Source: a virus
Lineage: Duplodnaviria; Heunggongvirae; Uroviricota; Caudoviricetes
Strand: one strand, 5' to 3'
IMG/VR virus record: IMGVR_UViG_2537562172_000009
Coordinates: 1 to 32,147 of that record
DNA: 32,147 nt
This document shows positions 25,782-32,147 of the stretch, piece by piece. A program made the position numbers and the translations under genes. The notes beneath the pieces were generated by a model. That model saw only the letters and a program-made list of their open reading frames with translations. It was not told the DNA's origin and searched no databases. Position 1 is the first letter of the stretch. The number at the start of each line of letters is the position of its first letter.

Positions 25782-26960
25782 ATGAGTGATTTTCACCACG
25801 GCGTGCAGGTGCTTGAGATTAACGACGGCACCCGCGTCATTTCCACTGTTGCAACCGCAATCGTCGGCATGGTCTGTACAGCCAGCGATGCGGATGCGGC
25901 AACCTTTCCCCTCAACGAGCCGGTACTGATTACCAATGTGCAAAGCGCCATTGCGAAAGCCGGTAAAAAAGGCACGCTGGCCGCGTCCCTGCAGGCCATC
26001 GCCGACCAGTCAAAACCTGTCACAGTTGTCGTGCGTGTTGCCGAAGGTACCGGAGAAGACGCCGAAGCGCAGACCATTTCCAATATCATCGGCGGCACGG
26101 ATGAGAACGGTAAATATACCGGCATCAAGGCGCTGTTGACTGCCGAAGCAGTCACCGGCGTTAAGCCGCGCATTCTCGGCGTGCCGGGTCTCGATACCAA
26201 AGAGGTCGCAGTCGCACTTGCTTCGGTCTGTATCAGCCTGCGCGCCTTTGGCTATATCAGCGCATGGGGTTGTAAAACCATTTCCGAGGCGATGGCCTAT
26301 CGCGAGAATTTCAGCCAGCGCGAGCTGATGGTCATCTGGCCTGATTTCCTTGCATGGGATACCACCACAAACGCCACCGCACCGGCATACGCAACTGCAC
26401 GCGCACTCGGCCTGCGTGCCTATATCGACCAGACCGTCGGCTGGCACAAAACCCTGTCTAACGTCGGCGTGCAGGGTGTTACCGGCATCAGTGCGTCAGT
26501 GTTTTGGGATTTGCAGGCATCCGGCACCGATGCTGATCTGCTCAACGAGGCCGGGGTCACGACACTGGTGCGTAAGGATGGCTTCCGCTTTTGGGGTAAC
26601 CGCACCTGCTCTGATGACCCGCTTTTCCTGTTTGAGAACTACACCCGCACCGCGCAGGTGCTGGCCGACACGATGGCCGAGGCGCACATGTGGGCGGTCG
26701 ATAAGCCCATCACCGCATCACTTATCCGTGACATTGTCGACGGCATTAACGCCAAATTCCGCGAGCTGAAATCAAACGGCTACATCGTGGACGGTGAATG
26801 CTGGTTCGACGAGGAATCGAACGATAAGGAAACCCTCAAGGCCGGGAAACTGTATATCGACTACGACTATACACCGGTTCCACCACTGGAAAGCCTGACC
26901 CTGCGCCAGCGTATCACCGATAAATATCTGGTGAATCTGGCCGAATCGGTCAACAGCTAA
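25782..26960 (+). CDS. FI: tail sheath protein
   Basis: 392 aa from the ATG at 25782 (SD ACGGAG 8 nt upstream; the ORF-track start at 25755 is a TTG); position and size match P2 gpFI. Confidence 0.88.
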   Translation: MSDFHHGVQVLEINDGTRVISTVATAIVGMVCTASDADAATFPLNEPVLITNVQSAIAKAGKKGTLAASLQAIADQSKPVTVVVRVAEGTGEDAEAQTISNIIGGTDENGKYTGIKALLTAEAVTGVKPRILGVPGLDTKEVAVALASVCISLRAFGYISAWGCKTISEAMAYRENFSQRELMVIWPDFLAWDTTTNATAPAYATARALGLRAYIDQTVGWHKTLSNVGVQGVTGISASVFWDLQASGTDADLLNEAGVTTLVRKDGFRFWGNRTCSDDPLFLFENYTRTAQVLADTMAEAHMWAVDKPITASLIRDIVDGINAKFRELKSNGYIVDGECWFDEESNDKETLKAGKLYIDYDYTPVPPLESLTLRQRITDKYLVNLAESVNS

Positions 26961-26975
26961 GGAGCCTGAAACAAC

Positions 26976-27494
26976 ATGGCACTACCCCGCAAACTTAAAT
27001 ATCTGAACATGTTCAATGACGGCCTTAGCTACATGGGCGTTGTTGAATCCGTGACGCTGCCGAAGCTGACCCGCAAGCTCGAAAACTATCGCGGCGGCGG
27101 CATGAATGGCGCGGCGGCGATTGACCTTGGTCTCGACGATGATGCGCTCACCGTCGAATGGTCTGTCGGTGGCCTGCCTGATGTGGCGCTGTGGGCGCAG
27201 TACGCCGCGCCGGGTGCTGACGCTGTGCCGTTGCGTTTTGCTGGCTCTTACCAACGTGACGACACTGGCGAAATCGTGGCGGTCGAGGTGGTCATGCGTG
27301 GCCGTCATAAAGAAATCGACGGCGGCGAGAATAAGCAGGGTGAAAACACCTCGACCAAACTGTCGACCGTATGCACCTATTACCGCCTCACGATTGATGG
27401 TAGCGACGTCATCGAAATCGATACCGTCAACATGGTTGAGAAGGTGAACGGCGTCGACCGTCTGGAACAGCACCGCCGCGCAATCGGGCTGTAA
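26976..27494 (+). CDS. FII: tail tube protein
   Basis: 172 aa, the size I recall for P2 gpFII; follows the sheath gene. Confidence 0.88.
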   Translation: MALPRKLKYLNMFNDGLSYMGVVESVTLPKLTRKLENYRGGGMNGAAAIDLGLDDDALTVEWSVGGLPDVALWAQYAAPGADAVPLRFAGSYQRDDTGEIVAVEVVMRGRHKEIDGGENKQGENTSTKLSTVCTYYRLTIDGSDVIEIDTVNMVEKVNGVDRLEQHRRAIGL

Positions 27495-27557
27495 TTCCCT
27501 GACCGGTCAGCACTGCTGGCCTGTTATTAATCCCCATTCAGAGCAGAGAAAAACATC

Positions 27558-27893
27558 ATGGCAAAAGCACCACGTAAAACCGCTGAATTTGTTGATATGG
27601 CTGGCAATGAAACTGACACCGTAAACCCGAACGTCGTGACCCTCGACAAGCCGATTAAGCGCGCCGGTCAGACGATTGATAAAGTCACACTGATTGAGCC
27701 GAACGCCGGTACCCTGCGCGGTGTCAGTCTGGCAGCGGTGGCGCAGTCCGAAGTCGATGCGCTGATTAAGGTATTGCCACGCATGACCTACCCCGCGCTT
27801 ACGGCGCAGGAGCTTACCGCAATGAACCTGCCCGATATGCTGTCGCTGGCCGCTAAGGTGATTGGTTTTTTGTCACCGGCTTCGGCGGAGTAG
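27558..27893 (+). CDS. E: tail assembly chaperone E
   Basis: 111 aa; lies between the tube and tape-measure genes; contains a slippery heptamer near its 3' end. Confidence 0.82.
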   Translation: MAKAPRKTAEFVDMAGNETDTVNPNVVTLDKPIKRAGQTIDKVTLIEPNAGTLRGVSLAAVAQSEVDALIKVLPRMTYPALTAQELTAMNLPDMLSLAAKVIGFLSPASAE

Positions 27894-28045
27894 ATTTCCC
27901 GCCCGACCTGTCGACCGATGACCTGATGGCGGATATCGCGGTGATATTCCACTGGCCGCTATCAGAGCTCTATTCCCTGAGCCTGACCGAGCTCATCACA
28001 TGGCGCGAAAAGGCGCTGCAGCGTAGCGGACACCACAATGAGTAA
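27558..28045 (+). CDS. tail assembly chaperone E+E' (programmed -1 frameshift product)
   Basis: After the heptamer T-TTT-TTG (27866-27872) the -1 frame stays open for about 58 codons (FFVTGFGGVDFPPDLSTDDLMADIAVIFHWPLSELYSLSLTELITWREKALQRSGHHNE) to TAA at 28043-28045, overlapping the T start. Confidence 0.7.
27866..27872 (+). promoter_or_regulatory. -1 ribosomal frameshift slippery site
   Basis: TTTTTTG in X-XXY-YYZ phasing relative to the E reading frame (GGT-TTT-TTG). Confidence 0.7.
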
Positions 28046-30482
28046 TAACCTGAGACTTGAGGTTTTGCTGAAAGCGGTCGACCAGGCGACCCGACCGCTT
28101 AAATCCATCCAGACCGCGAGTAAAACCCTGTCGGGCGATATTCGCGACACACAAAAAGGGCTGCGTGACCTGAACGGGCAGGCCGCGAAAATCGACGGCT
28201 TTCGCAAAACCAGCGCTCAACTGGCCGTAACCGGCCAGTCGCTGGAGAAGGCAAAGCGCGAGGCTGAAGCGCTTGCCACGCAATTCAAAAATACTGAGCG
28301 CCCGACGCGAGCGCAGGCACAGGTGCTCGAATCCGCAAAACGTGCCGCCGAGGGGCTGCAGGTTAAATACAACAGCCTCACCGAGTCGGTTAAACGCCAA
28401 CAACGCGAGCTGGGTGCCGCCGGTATCAATACCCGCAATCTGGCAAACGATGAGCGGGGGCTTAAAACACGCATCAGCGAGACGACGGCGCAGCTCAACC
28501 GGCAGCGTGAAGCATTGGCGAAGGTCAGCGCACAGCAGGCGCACCTAAACCGAGTGAAAGAGCGATATAAATCGGGTAAGGAGCTTGCCGGTAACATGGC
28601 CGCTGCAGGTGCTGCCGGGGTCGGTATTGCGACAGCGGGAACGATGGCCGGGGTTAAATTGCTGATGCCCGGTTATGACTTTGCGCAAAAAAACTCCGAG
28701 CTGCAGGCCGTGCTTGGGGTCGATAAGCAGTCTCCAGAAATGCAGGCTCTACGCAAACAGGCGCGTCAGCTCGGCGATAACTCAGCGGCCTCAGCAGATG
28801 ATGCCGCCGCCGCGCAGATTATCGTAGCCAAATCTGGCGCAGATAAAGACGGCATAGTGGCGCAAACACCGGCCATTCTGAATATGTCGCTGGCAAATAA
28901 AAAAACTATGGAGGAAAACGCCGCTTTGCTTATTGGCACCAAATCGGCATTCGGGCTCGCAGATGACAAGGCATCGCATATAGCAGATGTCATATCGATG
29001 GCGATAAATAAAACACAGGCATCATTTGAGGGATTAAACGACTCACTTACATATGTTGGTCCAGTTGCCAAAGATGCCGGTGTCAGCCTAGAAGAAACCG
29101 CCGCGATGCTGGGTGCGTTACACGATGCAAAAATCATAGGTTCGATGGCAGGAACCGGTAGCCGAGCTGTTTTAAGTCGACTGCAGGCTCCAACTGGCAA
29201 AGCCTATGATGCCATTAAAGAGCTTGGCGTTAAGACGATGGATAAAAAAGGCAATACACGGCCAATCTTTACCATCCTGAAAGAAATACAAACCAGCTTT
29301 AAGCGCAACAACCTCGGTACAGGTCAAAAAGCCGAGTATATGAAAACGATATTCGGCGAGGAAGCCAGTTCCGCTGCAAGTGTGTTAATGGCCGCAGCGG
29401 CCAGTGGAAAACTGGATGAACTGACCAAGATAATTAAGGATTCTGACGGTAAAACCGAGGAATTGGTTAAGGTCATGCAGGATAACTTAGGTGGCGACTT
29501 CAAAGAGTTTCAATCCGCTTATGAGGCCGTCGGTACCGACCTCTACGACCAGCAAGATAGCTCATTGCGTCAGCTAACTCAGACAGCAACACGGTATGTG
29601 CTAAAGCTTGATGACTGGATCAAAGACAACAAGGAGTTAGCGGAAACTATCGGCATCATCGCCGGTGGTGCGCTGGCGCTGATTGGTATCATCGGCGGCA
29701 TTGGTCTCGTTGCGTGGCCGGTTGTCATGGGGATTAATGCCATTATCGCCGCTGCTGGCGTGCTGGGTACGGTCTTTACTGTCGTCGGTAGTGCCATTGC
29801 GACAGCGCTCGGTGCGATTACCTGGCCGATAGTGGCCGTCGGTGCGGCGATTGTGGCGGGGGCGCTACTCATCCGTAAATATTGGGAGCCCATCAGCGCA
29901 TTTTTCTCGGGAGTGATTGAGGGCATCATGAGTGCCTTTGCCCCAGTCGGGGAAATGTTCGCTCCACTGGCTCCCATTTTTGATGGTCTCGGCGAGAAAC
30001 TGCGCGGCGTCTGGCAGTGGTTTAAAGACCTGATAGCACCGGTTAAGGCCACGCAGGAAACGCTTGATAGCTGCAAAAATGTCGGCGTCATATTTGGTCA
30101 GGCACTGGCCTCTGCCTTGATGGCTCCGCTCAATGTTTTTAACAAGCTGCGCAGCGGTGTCGACTGGCTTCTCGAAAAGCTCGGCATCATCAACAAAGAG
30201 TCGGACAGCCTCGACCAGACCGCCGCCAAAACCAATGCCGCCACACAGGGTAATTCCTACATCCCGGCAACCAGCACATATGGCGGCTATCAGGCTTATC
30301 AGCCAGTTACCGCACCGGCGGGGCGCTCTTACATTGACCAGAGCAAAAGCGAATACAACATCAATCTGCCGGGAGGTGTTGCGCCGGGGCATCAGCTTGA
30401 CAGACAACTACGCGACACGCTCGAACAGATTGAGCGCGATAAACGCGCCCGCCAGCGTGCCAACATGACCCACGACTATTGA
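28038..30482 (+). CDS. T: tail tape measure protein
   Basis: 814 aa; N-terminal coiled-coil-rich region, central Gly/Ala-rich hydrophobic stretch (IIAGGALALIGIIGGIGLVAWPVVMGINAIIAAAGVLG); size and position match P2 gpT. Confidence 0.9.
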   Translation: MSNNLRLEVLLKAVDQATRPLKSIQTASKTLSGDIRDTQKGLRDLNGQAAKIDGFRKTSAQLAVTGQSLEKAKREAEALATQFKNTERPTRAQAQVLESAKRAAEGLQVKYNSLTESVKRQQRELGAAGINTRNLANDERGLKTRISETTAQLNRQREALAKVSAQQAHLNRVKERYKSGKELAGNMAAAGAAGVGIATAGTMAGVKLLMPGYDFAQKNSELQAVLGVDKQSPEMQALRKQARQLGDNSAASADDAAAAQIIVAKSGADKDGIVAQTPAILNMSLANKKTMEENAALLIGTKSAFGLADDKASHIADVISMAINKTQASFEGLNDSLTYVGPVAKDAGVSLEETAAMLGALHDAKIIGSMAGTGSRAVLSRLQAPTGKAYDAIKELGVKTMDKKGNTRPIFTILKEIQTSFKRNNLGTGQKAEYMKTIFGEEASSAASVLMAAAASGKLDELTKIIKDSDGKTEELVKVMQDNLGGDFKEFQSAYEAVGTDLYDQQDSSLRQLTQTATRYVLKLDDWIKDNKELAETIGIIAGGALALIGIIGGIGLVAWPVVMGINAIIAAAGVLGTVFTVVGSAIATALGAITWPIVAVGAAIVAGALLIRKYWEPISAFFSGVIEGIMSAFAPVGEMFAPLAPIFDGLGEKLRGVWQWFKDLIAPVKATQETLDSCKNVGVIFGQALASALMAPLNVFNKLRSGVDWLLEKLGIINKESDSLDQTAAKTNAATQGNSYIPATSTYGGYQAYQPVTAPAGRSYIDQSKSEYNINLPGGVAPGHQLDRQLRDTLEQIERDKRARQRANMTHDY

Positions 30483-30495
30483 GAGGGATTAAACG

Positions 30496-30981
30496 ATGAT
30501 GCTTGCTCTCGGAATGTTTGTGTTTGAACTTCGCACCCTGCCTTACCAGTCGATGCAGCATTCGAGAGATTATCGCTGGGTGTCCAATGACCGGGTGGGT
30601 AAACCACCTGCCTATCAGTTTCTTGGCGAGGGGGAAACCTCTATACAGCTTGCTGGTACGCTATACCCCGCTATCACTGGCGGTTGGATCTCACTTAAGG
30701 CTGTAGAGGTGATGGCCAATGAAGGCAGAGCGTGGCCGTTGATAGAGGGAACCGGAAATATCCTCGGGATGTATATCGTCGATAAAGTATCGACTACACG
30801 CACCGAGTTTTTCAGTGATGGTGCGGCCAGAAAGATTGATTTCACGCTTTCGCTAAAACGGGTTGATGAATCGCTGACAGAGATGTTTGGTGACCTGAAT
30901 AAACAGGCCAGTGAGCTTCTCGGCTCTGCCGGTAATTTGACAGATAAACTGCAGGGTATGCCCGGAGGTTTCACTGCATGA
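30496..30981 (+). CDS. U: tail protein U
   Basis: 161 aa; SD GAGAGGGA upstream; position and size match P2 gpU. Confidence 0.85.
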   Translation: MMLALGMFVFELRTLPYQSMQHSRDYRWVSNDRVGKPPAYQFLGEGETSIQLAGTLYPAITGGWISLKAVEVMANEGRAWPLIEGTGNILGMYIVDKVSTTRTEFFSDGAARKIDFTLSLKRVDESLTEMFGDLNKQASELLGSAGNLTDKLQGMPGGFTA

Positions 30982-32147
30982 TAACGGGGATGGCAATTGA
31001 CGCCGGTGCCAGCCTTGCACCGGCTTTTATGCTGACGCTGAACAGTCAGGACATTACCAGCAACTTCAGCGACCGGCTGATTTCTCTCACCATGACGGAC
31101 AATAGGGGCTTTGAAGCTGACCAGCTCGACATTGAGCTCGATGACACCGATGGGAAAGTCGAGTTACCCCTGCGCGGGGCAGTGCTGACGTTGTGGCTTG
31201 GCTGGCAGGGTTCGGCGCTGCTGAATAAGGGGGATTTTACGGTCGATGAGATTGAGCACCGGGGGGCTCCTGATACCCTGACCATCCGGGCGCGCAGCGC
31301 GGACTTTCGCGGCACGCTAAATTCCAGGCGTGAAGAGTCATGGCACGACACCACCATCGGCGAACTGGTCAGTACCATCGCAAAGCGCAACAAACTGACG
31401 GCCAGCATTGCGGAATCGCTGAAAAAAATCCCGGTACCGCATATCGACCAGTCGCAGGAATCCGACGCGGTATTTTTGAGTCGACTGGCTGACCGCAACG
31501 GGGCAACGGTATCGGTGAAGGCAGGGAAACTGTTGTTTCTGAAAGCCGGTAGTGCGATGACGGCCAGCGGCAAACCCGTCCCGCAAATGACGCTGACCCG
31601 CAGTGATGGTGACCGTCATCAGTTTGCCATTGCCGACCGTGGGGCTTATACCGGCGTCACTGCTAAATGGTTGCACACCAAAGACCCGAAGCCACAAAAG
31701 CAGAAAGTAACGCTGAAACGCAAGCCAAAAGAGAAGCACCTGCGCGCACTGGAACACCCAAAAGCAAAGCCGGTCAGCAAAAAGACAAAGGTCAAAAAAG
31801 AACAGGAAGCACGTGAGGGTGAGTACATGGCCGGTGAAGCCGATAACGTGCTGGCGCTGACGACGGTCTATGCCTCAAAGGCACAGGCGATGCGCGCCGC
31901 TCAGGCTAAGTGGGATAAACTGCAGCGAGGCGTTGCGGAGTTTTCAATCACACTGGCGCTAGGGCGAGCGGATTTATTTCCTGAGACGCCTGTACGCGTG
32001 TCAGGCTTTAAGCGCGTCATAGACGAGCAGGCATGGTTAATCAGCAAGGTGACCCACAACCTCAATAATAACGGTTTCACGACGGGCTTAGAGCTTGAGG
32101 TTAAACTCTCCGATGTGGAGTACAGCTCAGAAGAAAATGGGGAGTGA
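30978..32147 (+). CDS. D: tail protein D (late control gene D)
   Basis: 389 aa; overlaps the U stop; last tail gene before the expected ogr/attR region; stop codon is the last triplet of the window. Confidence 0.87.
   Translation: MITGMAIDAGASLAPAFMLTLNSQDITSNFSDRLISLTMTDNRGFEADQLDIELDDTDGKVELPLRGAVLTLWLGWQGSALLNKGDFTVDEIEHRGAPDTLTIRARSADFRGTLNSRREESWHDTTIGELVSTIAKRNKLTASIAESLKKIPVPHIDQSQESDAVFLSRLADRNGATVSVKAGKLLFLKAGSAMTASGKPVPQMTLTRSDGDRHQFAIADRGAYTGVTAKWLHTKDPKPQKQKVTLKRKPKEKHLRALEHPKAKPVSKKTKVKKEQEAREGEYMAGEADNVLALTTVYASKAQAMRAAQAKWDKLQRGVAEFSITLALGRADLFPETPVRVSGFKRVIDEQAWLISKVTHNLNNNGFTTGLELEVKLSDVEYSSEENGE

Noticed and set aside
1-32147. CRISPR arrays, tRNA/rRNA genes, insertion sequences or transposases
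   Set aside because: No repeat-spacer periodicity, no tRNA-like cloverleaf candidates and no transposase-like ORFs were seen; the only mobile element is the prophage itself.

Overview
This window is a nearly complete P2/186-like temperate myovirus prophage, read from the integrase end through tail gene D. The gene order matches P2: int, repressor and switch region, early/replication genes ending in the rolling-circle initiator A, a cos-flanking accessory island, then Q-P (minus strand) and O-N-M-L-X-holin-lysozyme-spanins-R-S-V-W-J-I-H-G-FI-FII-E/E'-T-U-D. The lysogeny module looks 186-like (CI-type HTH repressor, CII-like protein). The attachment sites and ogr lie outside the window or cannot be defined from it.

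The most interesting content is visibly AT-rich accessory DNA inserted into an otherwise GC-rich phage backbone: (a) a small acidic ORF, an HNH-motif protein and a Hanks-type Ser/Thr kinase with an unknown C-terminal domain between gene A and cos; (b) a translationally coupled pair (soluble protein + 2-TM membrane protein) between cos and the portal gene; (c) a 2-TM protein in the S-V slot; (d) a signal-peptide protein gene inside the repressor-int operon. None of these carries a motif I can tie to a characterised defence system, so they are candidates for lysogen-expressed anti-phage or exclusion functions, not confirmed ones.

No CRISPR array, tRNA, rRNA or transposase was seen. CDS coordinates follow the supplied ORF track (stop codon included), with starts moved where an in-frame ATG with a Shine-Dalgarno is more convincing. 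Non-CDS motif coordinates were counted by eye and may be off by 1-2 nt. Protein sizes quoted for P2/186 are from memory, and no database search or GC computation was run.
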